A DNA stretch of 64,000 nucleotides, from the NCBI GenBank assembly GCA_977017575.1, contig CDRNVI010000021.1, forward strand, positions 372,001 through 436,000, read 5' to 3'. This document shows, in pieces, positions 29,587 to 40,202 of this stretch. The notes below the pieces were generated by a model, which had not been told where the DNA came from, did not search any database, and saw nothing but the letters and a program-made list of their open reading frames with translations. The DNA is from Paramoeba atlantica (Eukaryota > Protista > Discosea). Position 1 is the stretch's first letter, and each line of letters opens with the position of its first letter. Position numbers and translations under genes: made by a program.

Positions 29587-31122
29587 ATGAGTGGTCTGGG
29601 AAGAGACTCGGAAAAGAATTCAGTGAGTTTAAGTGCCGAAGCGCTTCCCAAAGTACATCATGAGCCGCCACAACACTTCGTATTGGCACACTACGGAAAC
29701 ACGCCAGGCACGTACTGGTGTCCGCAATACATTCCCCGCGACGATACGATTGTGCAGCGACTTAGTACCGCGTTCTCGCTCGTTATTGATCCAGCTTCCG
29801 AACAACTTCCACAACCACCGGTTCAAATTTTCGTCCGTTCGATATGTGTGTCTTACCTCATTGCGTCAGAATGCTTACTTCAACAAAGTTGCCCCCACCT
29901 CCATAAAGGCGAAAAGGAGATTCAAACAGAAGTAAGAAAACGATTACGGCGCGAAAATACAGTGGGAACCATTCCAGAGTCAGTTGATATTTCGGAACAG
30001 AAGGAACCATGCGTCAGCACGGAAAAAATTGCTGAATGGGTAAAGACACAACCTCGATTTTGGTTAGCCACTTTTTCCACGAATCGAGTAATTCTCTGGC
30101 TTCGACGATTCGAGGAAGTCGTACAGGGACGGCCATGGGATTCGTCCCGGTGGCTAATTACTCCTTTACAGGGTATTGTTTTGGTGTGTGACCCACATAT
30201 TCCTGACTTAGCTCATGCCGAACCAATTCAACTTTATTCAAGATTGATATGTAAAAACTATTTTCAATCACTAACATGTGATCGTCCAAACTGTACGCTA
30301 CTGCATCGCTTGGAGTCCGAACTTCGTGAAGCTGTAGGTAAGCGATATTTTGAACTTAAGGCTATGGGCAAGTTGGATCGTCTACAACAAATTGTCCACT
30401 TTGATTCAACCGGACAGCCTACACAATTGTCAACAACTCAACTACTTCGATTACAGCTGGAACAAAAAGAGGCTCGACGTACAGCTCGCTTGACTATGAA
30501 AATACTTCAGTCAGAGAGTTTGACGGAGGATTCTAGTTCTGGTACTCAAGTGAAATTAGATGAAAAGAACGAAAGCATCTTTTCTCGGAAATTATCTCAG
30601 TCCGGTCACTCCTTTGATCCGTTGGATAGCTTGGAATCAAATAAAGGAAAAGAGGCATATACATCCTCAACGCCAAGCGCACGTAGAAATGCGTCCGATA
30701 GACCTGAAGTGAGTGATGCTTCTTCGCGAGACAGTCGCATACCATACAGAAATGGTTCGCAACATCATTCTTGGAAAAGGAGAGCTGGAAGTCGTAGTCC
30801 TAGTCGTAGTCCTAAAGTAGCACGCGCAACCTCCTCTTCAAAGCATGGTCGAGATTACCACTGCTCCCCAGGGAACAACTCATCGTCCCGTAGAGGCCGT
30901 GAAGACAGGAGTCACAGATCAGAAATCGTCAGGAGACGATCCTCACGCTCGCCGGATCGTGATCGTGAATCTCGCATTAGAGATGATCGAAAAGGAAAAT
31001 CTAATGAGTATCGAGGGGAAAGGAGAAGAAGCACTCGTGAGTCAGAGGACAGTGGTGGATACCGATCTCGTCATTCAGAACGATCTTACCGTCACTCTAG
31101 TTACGAAAAATCTTATCGATGA
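29587..31122 (+). CDS. CCCH zinc-finger protein with C-terminal RS/RE-rich domain
   Basis: C-x8-C-x5-C-x3-H (CVSYLIASECLLQQSCPHLH) and C-x8-C-x4-C-x3-H (CKNYFQSLTCDRPNCTLLH); SRSPSRSP, RRRSSRSPDRDRESR. Confidence 0.75.
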   Translation: MSGLGRDSEKNSVSLSAEALPKVHHEPPQHFVLAHYGNTPGTYWCPQYIPRDDTIVQRLSTAFSLVIDPASEQLPQPPVQIFVRSICVSYLIASECLLQQSCPHLHKGEKEIQTEVRKRLRRENTVGTIPESVDISEQKEPCVSTEKIAEWVKTQPRFWLATFSTNRVILWLRRFEEVVQGRPWDSSRWLITPLQGIVLVCDPHIPDLAHAEPIQLYSRLICKNYFQSLTCDRPNCTLLHRLESELREAVGKRYFELKAMGKLDRLQQIVHFDSTGQPTQLSTTQLLRLQLEQKEARRTARLTMKILQSESLTEDSSSGTQVKLDEKNESIFSRKLSQSGHSFDPLDSLESNKGKEAYTSSTPSARRNASDRPEVSDASSRDSRIPYRNGSQHHSWKRRAGSRSPSRSPKVARATSSSKHGRDYHCSPGNNSSSRRGREDRSHRSEIVRRRSSRSPDRDRESRIRDDRKGKSNEYRGERRRSTRESEDSGGYRSRHSERSYRHSSYEKSYR

Positions 31123-31573
31123 CGTTATAATTCATTACGAAAGTCTTTTAGAAGACCTTCTCTTAAGGTAGTGTTTACTACTTTTTATACTTCTATAATT
31201 GTTCGCTGGACACTACGTTTGACAATACGCGTCTTCGTGAATAGCGCACAGAGGCAAATCGAGGTGATGTAGCGAAGCATAGTTGAGCAATGCAATAAAT
31301 CGTGCTTTTTTACTCAAGGAATTGCTCTCAAAAGCACAATGCTAGATCTAGAAATATTATAGGCAACAAGTGGAGAATAAAGAAAGGATACAGAAATTAT
31401 TTCATATATCTATATTATTAATATACAACCCAGCCAACATTCAGTGCTATTTACCTTTTTGAACATACAAGGTACATGGTGGATGAAGCGAAAAGACTAC
31501 CTTGGCCAAATATCGAACATTATTTATACAACATTCAACGCTCTGTATGTTTTACAGTATTTTTCTAAAATCA

Positions 31574-33676
31574 ATGAATCAAATTAACCAATCGTGTGTG
31601 ATTCAGCGAAAGCTACCACATAAACCAATGGATTTGGCGACGTGGAACGCGTACGTCAAAAGTGAAGAAAACAACTCATTTCCTATAAAGACGATGTTGT
31701 TGGCCATAAAGGGTGCACTACCCATGTTATTTTCACTTTCCTCGGATAAGAGCGCGGATTTAAAGACTCTGGCTTCGCAGCTTGGAGTCAAAAAAGATGC
31801 TGTTCGTGTAGCTTCAAAGGAGGTTATTCACAGAATCTTTGGTGCAGATGCACCGCATCCTCTTTCTGCACTGTGTATCGACGCTCTTCCGTCTTTTCCT
31901 GGTGAGTCACCGGTATCAATTGCGCTGGACAACGAAATTTTGCAGCTTCCTGACGATTCTCTCCTTGCATGTCTTGATGTCGAAGGGTCGGGGTCTGTAT
32001 TTTTGACTAAGAGAGAATTCCTCCAGTGTGTTACTCGAAACCTTTCTGGCGAAGTCTTAAACGTAAAGCTGGAAGGCTTACCAGACGGAATTTCATCTAA
32101 CGTTGGGAAAAATGCTGTAGCGGAAAAGAAAGGTCACATCGAAGCGGGTATTTCTCGTCTTGGTTTAGAGGTACGAAAGGAAACTAATTTCGTTGAGTGG
32201 TACAGTCAAATCTTAACAAGGTCGGAGCTGATCGAGTACTATGATATTTCTGGGTGCTACATTCTTCGTCCGTGGGCGTATGAAATATGGGAGAACGTAA
32301 AGTCTTGGTTTGACCGTCGCATCAAAGCTATAGGTGTGAAAAACTGCTATTTTCCAATGTTTGTGAGCAAGAGTGGTCTTGAGCGTGAAATGGGGCACAT
32401 TGAAGGTTTTGCCGCCGAGGTGGCATGGGTCACCAAAAGCGGGAACTCGGACCTTTCCGAACCTATTGCAATTCGTCCCACCTCGGAAACAGTAATGTAC
32501 CCGAGTTATGCAAAATGGATTCGTAGTCACCGAGATTTGCCCCTGCGATTAAACCAGTGGTGCAACGTCGTGAGATGGGAATTCAGTCACCCTACTCCGT
32601 TTATTCGCACGCGTGAGTTTCTGTGGCAAGAAGGTCACACCGCATGGGAGAGCCAAGAACAAGCTGGTGCGGAAGTAACGGAAATTTTAGGGCTATACAG
32701 ACGGGTGTACGAAGAGTTGCTTGCAGTCCCCGTTATTCCTGGTACGAAAACCGAAAAGGAAAAGTTTGCCGGAGGTCTGTACACAACAACTGTCGAAGCC
32801 TTTGTCCCCTCCACTGGCCGCGGCTGTCAGGCGGCTACTTCACATTGTCTAGGGCAAAATTTTGCCAAAATGTTTGGCATTGAATTTGAGGACGATAAAA
32901 AACAGAAACGCTTGGTGTGGCAGAACAGCTGGGGTCTAACCACGCGCTCTCTCGGGTTACTTATCATGGTACACGGTGATGATAAAGGTCTGGTATTACC
33001 ACCGCGTGTGGCTCCCTACCAGGTTGTCATTATCCCGTGCGGTATTACGGCCTCCATGGACGCCGATTTGCGTCAACGATTACTTTCTAGCGTGAACAAA
33101 TTAGCGCGTGAACTGGGGGACCAGGATGTGCGGGTTCATGCGGATACCCGAGTGCACTATTCCCCTGGCTGGAAATACAACTACTGGGAGCTCAAAGGAG
33201 TGCCACTGAGAATTGAGTTCGGTCCCAAAGAGCTGGATGGTCAGACGTACACAGTGTGTCTGCGGCACGACGGAATTAAGACAACCGTAAGGAAGAATTA
33301 CTTAGTATCTGACATTAACGTGGTGCTTGAGCGCATTCAGAAGGAGATGTTTGAAAGAGCTCAAGCAGTTCGTAAGGAAAGAATAATGAGGGTGTCGAAT
33401 TGGGTGGAATTTGTATCTGTCTTGAACAAAAAATGTTGCCTTCTTTCTCCGTGGTGTGGTAGAGAAGTATGTGAAGACAATATTAAGAAGGTGAGTGCGG
33501 AGGAAAGCAAGCAACTGCTACAGGCTGATGAAGAGGATACGCGGGCTCCAAGCATGGGGGCCAAGGCACTTTGCATACCTTTTGATCAAACGCACAATGT
33601 TAGCGACCAGAAGTGCATATTTCCGGGATGTAATGAAATCGCAAAGTTTGAAGTTTTGTTCGGAAGATCTTATTGA
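31574..33676 (+). CDS. ProRS: Prolyl-tRNA synthetase (eukaryotic/archaeal type) with N-terminal YbaK/ProX-like domain
   Basis: EWYSQIL, YDISGCYILRPW, AIRPTSETVMYP, NQWCNVVRWEF, REFLWQEGHT, QAATSHCLGQNF, SWGLTTRSLG, terminal FGRSY; start 31574 or 31628. Confidence 0.96.
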   Translation: MNQINQSCVIQRKLPHKPMDLATWNAYVKSEENNSFPIKTMLLAIKGALPMLFSLSSDKSADLKTLASQLGVKKDAVRVASKEVIHRIFGADAPHPLSALCIDALPSFPGESPVSIALDNEILQLPDDSLLACLDVEGSGSVFLTKREFLQCVTRNLSGEVLNVKLEGLPDGISSNVGKNAVAEKKGHIEAGISRLGLEVRKETNFVEWYSQILTRSELIEYYDISGCYILRPWAYEIWENVKSWFDRRIKAIGVKNCYFPMFVSKSGLEREMGHIEGFAAEVAWVTKSGNSDLSEPIAIRPTSETVMYPSYAKWIRSHRDLPLRLNQWCNVVRWEFSHPTPFIRTREFLWQEGHTAWESQEQAGAEVTEILGLYRRVYEELLAVPVIPGTKTEKEKFAGGLYTTTVEAFVPSTGRGCQAATSHCLGQNFAKMFGIEFEDDKKQKRLVWQNSWGLTTRSLGLLIMVHGDDKGLVLPPRVAPYQVVIIPCGITASMDADLRQRLLSSVNKLARELGDQDVRVHADTRVHYSPGWKYNYWELKGVPLRIEFGPKELDGQTYTVCLRHDGIKTTVRKNYLVSDINVVLERIQKEMFERAQAVRKERIMRVSNWVEFVSVLNKKCCLLSPWCGREVCEDNIKKVSAEESKQLLQADEEDTRAPSMGAKALCIPFDQTHNVSDQKCIFPGCNEIAKFEVLFGRSY

Positions 33677-34002
33677 AACTTCTATTATTGTTTTAGTGGT
33701 GTAAATCTCATATCTTACAGTATGCTTTACACAAATTTTATGACGTATTACATGGCTTTTTTTGGAAATTTGTCAGCTCGAAAACTGCGAGTGTAAGATA
33801 TCTTTGGCAAACGCTTCGTCGCTAAAGTTTTACTCATTTTTTATTCGTGTGTCCCACAGCAAATAGTATTTCACACAGCAAATATTACGTGTTTATCCAA
33901 GGATCGATTTTTGTTTATGCACGCTACTTTCTAAAACTAGTACATAAAATGTTGGGATCTTTTACAATCTTATTTTACAATCTTATTTTCATCTGAATTC
34001 GA

Positions 34003-34941
34003 ATGCAATATTCGTTTTCCGTTGCCACAACGCGGTTACGAATGCAGTACGCCAGCGCATTGCGACATTGCTTTCTTTTGAGAAACACACCGAATGAAGC
34101 CATCATCTCTTATCAAAGAAGGTACTACAATTTCACGTTCCGATTATTAAAATCCGGTAGTTCTCTGGACACTTTTCCAGATGACGTCTCCCGTTCAAAA
34201 ATGGGTAGCAAATCGCTCAAAGCTGATGGCGACGTTCCAGTCACGAATGTTTCCGATGGTGACAGTACAAATACATCTTCGAAAACCAACATATCTTCGA
34301 TAACGTACGTTTCACATACTGAAAGATTCGTTTGTGAAACCGAATCTCCCGAGTTGACTGATTATGGGGATATCCCAACTATCACCGTCTCTGATTCTAG
34401 CGCGGAAGAGATGAAGAGCTACTCTCCTATATCCCTCATTTCCGTTTTGGGCAAAGAATCAAGAGCTCGAGCTGACCATATCGATTGCAGTCAGCAAAAA
34501 GATAAAATGGGCGAAAATTTTGATTCAAGGAAATCATCCGATAATCCCCATCATCTTAATATGTCGAAGGATGAAACATTAGAGAGTATTGCGGTCGAGG
34601 ACAGCTCTATAAATTTTTCGGATGATGTTCATGATTCTCTGAACGCAGGCGAGATGCTCACGGAAAAATTGGGAACAGAAATTAACACAGAAGTTGAATT
34701 AGAAATGCAGGCGAATATTACCATTACGGAAGATAAAACATCTGAGGATGCTTGTTCGACCTTTACAACGGAAGACTCATTAGAGTTCCAGGAGCTTGAG
34801 GTAGGGGAATTGCAAAGTGCCGAAACCGTTAAGGTGACGCCTAACGATAAGGGAGTCGCCACGGAGACTTCGGAATTAGAAGATAGTGATTGGCTAGAAG
34901 GGAGTCTTTTCGATTCAGAGAATTCCTTCAAGGGGCCTTGA
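34003..34941 (+). CDS. Hypothetical protein, basic presequence-like N-terminus and acidic disordered body
   Basis: 312-aa ORF on cluster strand; R/L/S-rich first ~50 aa. Confidence 0.5.
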   Translation: MQYSFSVATTRLRMQYASALRHCFLLRNTPNEAIISYQRRYYNFTFRLLKSGSSLDTFPDDVSRSKMGSKSLKADGDVPVTNVSDGDSTNTSSKTNISSITYVSHTERFVCETESPELTDYGDIPTITVSDSSAEEMKSYSPISLISVLGKESRARADHIDCSQQKDKMGENFDSRKSSDNPHHLNMSKDETLESIAVEDSSINFSDDVHDSLNAGEMLTEKLGTEINTEVELEMQANITITEDKTSEDACSTFTTEDSLEFQELEVGELQSAETVKVTPNDKGVATETSELEDSDWLEGSLFDSENSFKGP

Positions 34942-35749
34942 ATTTCATTGAATTTTATGCCTTGCTACGCGATTTCGGGATCAAAATCGAACTCTTCGAC
35001 TTAACACCTTTCAATTCTTTTGTAAAAAAGACCCCCTTTTCAACCTTTACTGGAGTTCAGTAATCTCCCGAACTTGCTATTCCGAAACACTAATTGAGCT
35101 ACCACATTCACCTTCGAATATATCCCATGTGACTGTGATCAGAACACCTCACTACTGTACTCTTGTTACTTAGATAATAAGAGCGGAATCACAACTACGC
35201 TTTTTATTTCATCAATCATTCTTGGAGGACGAGATTACTGGAGAACGAGCTTGTTTGTGACGTCTTACCCGCAGCTATGAAGTCAGTATTGCAGATGCGA
35301 TGCTGTATGTCTTCCAATGTCCCGAAACAGTAAAAAATCCATTGAAAGGTGGATTCAATGCTTCGTCGCCTAAGTTCATAGGCAGCCGTTTTGAAAATCT
35401 TTGGTCGAGGTGCAGCGAAGAGGAACAAAAAAATTAGAAGTTACCTTGGTATTGGTCGTAATGAGGTCATAGTGAGAAAGAGCAAAAGTCCTTTTCGTAA
35501 CCTTTCTGTTAAATGTATCTTGTACTTCGTACAAAAATAACTTTATAAACGAAATTTACATGTCATAAATTATACATCAAAATACTGGTACATCAATGTG
35601 TTCCAGACGCCATACTACACCTACTGTATGTAGACACATACTGTATCTAGTTTTTGGTTCCTTGCATGATGGCCAGGAATATCGAAAGTGGACTTCATTT
35701 CCCTATGCTACCCACGTGCACGATTTCGTGGAGTCTCCTCTAGCGCGAG

Positions 35750-37507
35750 ATGTTTGGTTTAATATTAGTTTGTGTTTCGCGCTTATGCAAACTATGTAAA
35801 AGCATACAGCTAAAAAAGAAGTGCTCCTGTAATGGTCAGCTAAAATTGGACAGCGGAAGATACGTTTATTGGATGCAGCTTGACTCAGAGATTCCCTCTT
35901 CTGATGTAAAAGATTCAACAACTCCCATTGACGAAGTGCTGGATAATACCAACTCGTCGGAAATGATTTTACAGAGAGAATCCCAATCAACTTCATTATC
36001 CGTGGAGGGATCAGAGGTCTATACGTTTGCCAGACTCGGCTCGTTTTTTCGTGAGTTGTCCTTAAATTTGCCCCCATTCTTTGTTTGCTCTTCGCACTTG
36101 AATTTTCTTGATGGACCTCACAATTTTTATCGTGAGCTGCAGAATCTAATTACTACGGCGACAAGACGGTTAGTTCTGGCATCTCTTTATTTCAGCGGCA
36201 ATACCAATGCTGAAAGATTGCTCTTGAAGTTACTACGCGCTCAGCTAGAAAAAATGCCCTTACTTAAGGTGTATCTCATCTTTGATTACAATCGAATGAA
36301 GCGTAGTGGGGAGTATGCTGCAGTATTCTTCGAAGAATTGAAGAAATCTTTTCCGGATCGCGTTTACTACGCACTTTTTCGAGTCCCAATGACACCTTTT
36401 TGGGTAAATTGGGTCAACAATAAAAAGTTGCGAGAATTTGCGGGTGTTTTTCACATTAAAATGTACGTTTCTGATAACACAGTTCTATGGTCAGGTGCCA
36501 ATCTCTCTGAGCACTACTTCACGTCACGTACGGATCGGTACATGAAAATTCGTGACGAGCCGGATCTCTGCGATTGGTGCCTCAAACTTGCCGAAGCACT
36601 ATGGAACTACGCGCATTCGCAAATGAACGGATGCATGGATGCTACAGGTAGTATTGGAAGTACATGTACATCTGACTCTCTCATTAAAGTGGCGAATTTA
36701 GTGAATACAAACATCTCTCTATATGATGTCCTTAGTCCCTTTTGCAGACCAGCTCCTGTGACGTCAACAGTAACAGATACTGTGATTTTTCCGTATCTTC
36801 AACTTGGAACCGTCGGTCTTTTCTACGACAGCATTGTTACTGTACGTTTATTGCAGCATGCACGGACTATACCTAGCAGTCATGCTGTCATATCTAGCGC
36901 CTATTTTAATTTTACAAACGAAGTTTTACGCACAACTCTTCAAGAAGCGAGGAATGAGGTGCATATTATTACTTCCGCCCTGGAATGCAATTCTTTTCAC
37001 GGGGGCACTGGGATTACTCGTTTTGTTCCTCGTATGTATGCTTACCTCGCTCGCTCTTTTCATCGTATTGTACGGGATTATGGGCAATCACATCGCTTGA
37101 AACTTTGGACTTGGGAAAAGGCGGATTCTACTTATCACGGAAAAGGGTTCTGGCTTACACTACAGGAATGCGCAGCAAGGAAATATGCGCGCGATTCTTC
37201 ACATGACCCGAGAAATCTTGAAGCAAAGCGGCATTCAAGATGTCCTGCCATGACCATCGGAAGCAGCAATTTGGGTAAACGGTCAGAAGAAAGGGACTTG
37301 GAGCTGAATATCCTTATTTTGACAGCCAATTCCGAGCTACAAAAATGCTTTTCCGAAGAGAGAAATTATATTTTTAAGCGGGCTTCACTAATTGATGATG
37401 TTACTCCATTACGGAAACCAAACGAACACCTGTATAGCGCAATGAAAAGATTTTTTCTGCGCCCTTTCGTTGCTCTTCTGGCTGAGCTCGCAAAAAGTTA
37501 CCTTTGA
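35750..37507 (+). CDS. PGS1: Phosphatidylglycerophosphate synthase (PLD-superfamily PGS1)
   Basis: RRLVLASLYF, FHIKMYVSDNTVLWSGANLSEHYFTSRTDRY, YHGKGFW, TIGSSNLGKRSEERDLE. Confidence 0.92.
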   Translation: MFGLILVCVSRLCKLCKSIQLKKKCSCNGQLKLDSGRYVYWMQLDSEIPSSDVKDSTTPIDEVLDNTNSSEMILQRESQSTSLSVEGSEVYTFARLGSFFRELSLNLPPFFVCSSHLNFLDGPHNFYRELQNLITTATRRLVLASLYFSGNTNAERLLLKLLRAQLEKMPLLKVYLIFDYNRMKRSGEYAAVFFEELKKSFPDRVYYALFRVPMTPFWVNWVNNKKLREFAGVFHIKMYVSDNTVLWSGANLSEHYFTSRTDRYMKIRDEPDLCDWCLKLAEALWNYAHSQMNGCMDATGSIGSTCTSDSLIKVANLVNTNISLYDVLSPFCRPAPVTSTVTDTVIFPYLQLGTVGLFYDSIVTVRLLQHARTIPSSHAVISSAYFNFTNEVLRTTLQEARNEVHIITSALECNSFHGGTGITRFVPRMYAYLARSFHRIVRDYGQSHRLKLWTWEKADSTYHGKGFWLTLQECAARKYARDSSHDPRNLEAKRHSRCPAMTIGSSNLGKRSEERDLELNILILTANSELQKCFSEERNYIFKRASLIDDVTPLRKPNEHLYSAMKRFFLRPFVALLAELAKSYL

Positions 37508-37687
37508 ACCACAGGAGCTTTAGACTAAAAGGTCTTCCAAAAGGATCTCGTACAGAATTCTAATGTGTACACATCCGTTGTTTTATATCCCCAGATTCGT
37601 ACGGGTTACAGTTTCGTACTTTTTTAATTAACTATAAACTATTTGGATCTGCACTTCAATTTCAATAAACAAACATTTTTTTCACAG

Positions 37688-38758
37688 ATGGATGACTCCT
37701 CTGAGAAATTGTCTGACATTGTGAGGTCCTTGGAGAAGGTTATTGTTGAAGTTCGACAATCATCAGAAACGAAGCCCAAACCTAACAAAAAAACGACGGA
37801 AAATGAAATTGCTTCACTCGAATCTGTCCTGTCCATTATTTCCCAGCTGGAAAACATCAAAGCGAACTGTGATTTCCTAGCCAATGACCTCGAAACGTGG
37901 AAAGCTGGAGATCTCAAAATGATCGCGGAACGCTGCAAACTCCAAACCGAGCTCCACAAACTCCAAAAAGAGTCCAAACGCACCGCAGGTTGCCCCCACG
38001 ACACCCCCCACTCCGAGGCCTCCGACAACCCCCTCCGTGGTCACCCCAACGACCCCTCCGGTTGGGGCATTTCCCATGTCCCCACCCCTCTCGCCGTCGC
38101 CACCCCGGAACCTCCCCCTCCCCCACCGGAATCACACCACCGTGTGGTCCTCCCCCCCACCACCCTCTCCCCCACCACACTACGCTACACGAGTACCGAT
38201 CCCCCCCACCACAGCGCACTCCCCCTCCTGCCCTACCCCCACGGTGTCGCCTCGGTGAGTTCCTCTCCTGAGCCCATGCCCTTGGCCCCTCTCCCCTCCC
38301 ACACCTCCCCAGGGCGTCGTCACCCCCATCACGGTGCTCACCATGACTATGATCATCATAAAGATAACCCAAAGAATAAAAATAGCCAAAATATGTTAAT
38401 TAAAAATAATAAAAAGGACCATCCAAATCCTCAAACACCCTTTTCACCCCATGAAGGCCTTTTCCCTAAGACCGTAAGAAAAGGGGGAGAAGGCCGGTGG
38501 GGGATTCCCCCGTGGGTGGACACCGTGAAAACGGTGCTGTGGGAGAACCTCACACCGGATGCGGTGCTCCGCGGGGTGGGGCTGGTGGGTCTCGGGGTGG
38601 GGGTGGGGGTGGTGTCGCGGAGAGGGGGGGAAGGGGGGGAGGAGGAGGGGAGAGAGAAGAGTGTTGTGGGGGTGGGAAGTAAAATATCGACTTCAAGTGG
38701 GTCGATTCCGGCGTATGCTGATTTTGTGGTACAGGGGGGAAAAAGGGGTGGAAGGTAA
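37688..38758 (+). CDS. Hypothetical protein: N-terminal coiled coil, Pro/His-rich middle, Gly/Val-rich putative TM near C-terminus
   Basis: ATG preceded by ttttttcacag; heptad-like LSDIVRSLEKVIVEV...LQTELHKLQKE; VLRGVGLVGLGVGVGVV. Confidence 0.55.
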   Translation: MDDSSEKLSDIVRSLEKVIVEVRQSSETKPKPNKKTTENEIASLESVLSIISQLENIKANCDFLANDLETWKAGDLKMIAERCKLQTELHKLQKESKRTAGCPHDTPHSEASDNPLRGHPNDPSGWGISHVPTPLAVATPEPPPPPPESHHRVVLPPTTLSPTTLRYTSTDPPHHSALPLLPYPHGVASVSSSPEPMPLAPLPSHTSPGRRHPHHGAHHDYDHHKDNPKNKNSQNMLIKNNKKDHPNPQTPFSPHEGLFPKTVRKGGEGRWGIPPWVDTVKTVLWENLTPDAVLRGVGLVGLGVGVGVVSRRGGEGGEEEGREKSVVGVGSKISTSSGSIPAYADFVVQGGKRGGR

Positions 38759-39012
38759 AGGAGTGTAAGAAAGGGCGAAGGAAAGGGAGAAGAGGGGTGT
38801 GGTTTGAGATGGCGGAGAGTCCCGCGACAGGGGTAGGTGTTTATAGTTTATAGTCGTGCTGAATATCTGATGCTAGATAGAGGATAATGTGTATGTTGTT
38901 TGCTAGATTTACGAATGTTTACTAGAAGCGTTGAATCTAATCCATAGCTAGAACTGTAGAATTATACGTGTACTGATTCGTAGAAAACAATTAACTGTTT
39001 TTGTGTTAACGT

Positions 39013-39951
39013 ATGTGTCTACCTTTTCGTATGTGCCTTAGTCAACGTATCTGCTCTACCCATCAGCCAGCTATAAATTTGCGCAGTGTAACTTCCGTCT
39101 CCGTTGAGCGGTTTTTCAACTATTCAGCAAGACACAATAGCACAACACTTTTCTGTCGCAGTACGACAAAAAACTTATTAGTTCCGCCCAACGTGCTAAC
39201 CACCCCGCGTCGGTCTTTTAGTGGGGCCAATGCTCAAAAGAAAATACCCGGTTCGGCGGACATAGAACGTGAAAAGGATCTTGATACTTTGGTGAACATT
39301 ATCAAATACTCCGTGTCCGCGCTTATTCTCACTGTGGGCACTTATTATAGCTACAAGCACGCCACGAAGCGCTACGCCAACCCCGACGTAGGAGCGCATG
39401 TCTATATCAAATCGCACGGCAAGCCTTGTCTCGGGGGGCCTTTCGTCCTCGTAGATACCACGGGGAAGCCGCGATCCCAGAAAGACTTCCTAGGATCCTG
39501 GACGTTCTTCTATTTCGGGTTTGTCAACTGCCCCGAGATCTGTCCGATTGAGCTAAACCGCATGTCCAAAGTCGTAGACGGCATACGAAAGCGCCATCCG
39601 GGGATCCAGATAGTACCCCTGTTTGTGTCCTGTGATCCCTTGCGCGACTCTTTGGATCGCATTCAGGAATATGTTGCAGATTTCCACCCCGACTTTGTGG
39701 GATTGGTCGGTACCCCGGAGCAAGTAGACCACGTGTGTAAATCGTACCGTATTTACTACTCTGTGCCCGATGCGGATGCGGTAAAGGATGGGGACTATCT
39801 CATTGACCACAGCATCGCGTCCTTCCTTTTCGATCCACAGGGACGGTTCGTGGATTTTTTTGGCACACGCTACACGGACGAGGAAATTTTAAACAAGATG
39901 GATGGGTACGTGAAGAACTATGAAGCGGATCCCACATGGACGACGTGGTGA
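39013..39951 (+). CDS. SCO1: SCO1/SenC copper chaperone for cytochrome c oxidase
   Basis: Presequence, TM segment, LGGPFVLVD, YFGFVNCPEICP (CxxxC), SCDPLRD, YLIDHS. Confidence 0.95.
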   Translation: MCLPFRMCLSQRICSTHQPAINLRSVTSVSVERFFNYSARHNSTTLFCRSTTKNLLVPPNVLTTPRRSFSGANAQKKIPGSADIEREKDLDTLVNIIKYSVSALILTVGTYYSYKHATKRYANPDVGAHVYIKSHGKPCLGGPFVLVDTTGKPRSQKDFLGSWTFFYFGFVNCPEICPIELNRMSKVVDGIRKRHPGIQIVPLFVSCDPLRDSLDRIQEYVADFHPDFVGLVGTPEQVDHVCKSYRIYYSVPDADAVKDGDYLIDHSIASFLFDPQGRFVDFFGTRYTDEEILNKMDGYVKNYEADPTWTTW

Positions 39952-40202
39952 AGACGCCTGTCTTTGCTTCTGCAACTCTGCTGCCCTAATCTTCAGCACT
40001 ATCCTAGGTCATCCTAAGAAACCTTCTAGCTCACTCTTTTTCCCATTTTACTTACCATTTCCTGTTCTGTATCAAAAAACCGTATTTTTTTGTATTTTGT
40101 TACCCATTTTTCTCTTACCTTTTCGTTTCGATTCTCCTCTATCTTTCCTTCTACACTTTTCCCCCCTCCCTCCCTGCCTCCCCTCTTTTTCTCTTCTCCC
40201 CC

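Noticed and set aside
34942-35500. Possible frameshifted continuation of the 34003 ORF
   Set aside because: All three + frames hit stops within ~60 codons and show no motif
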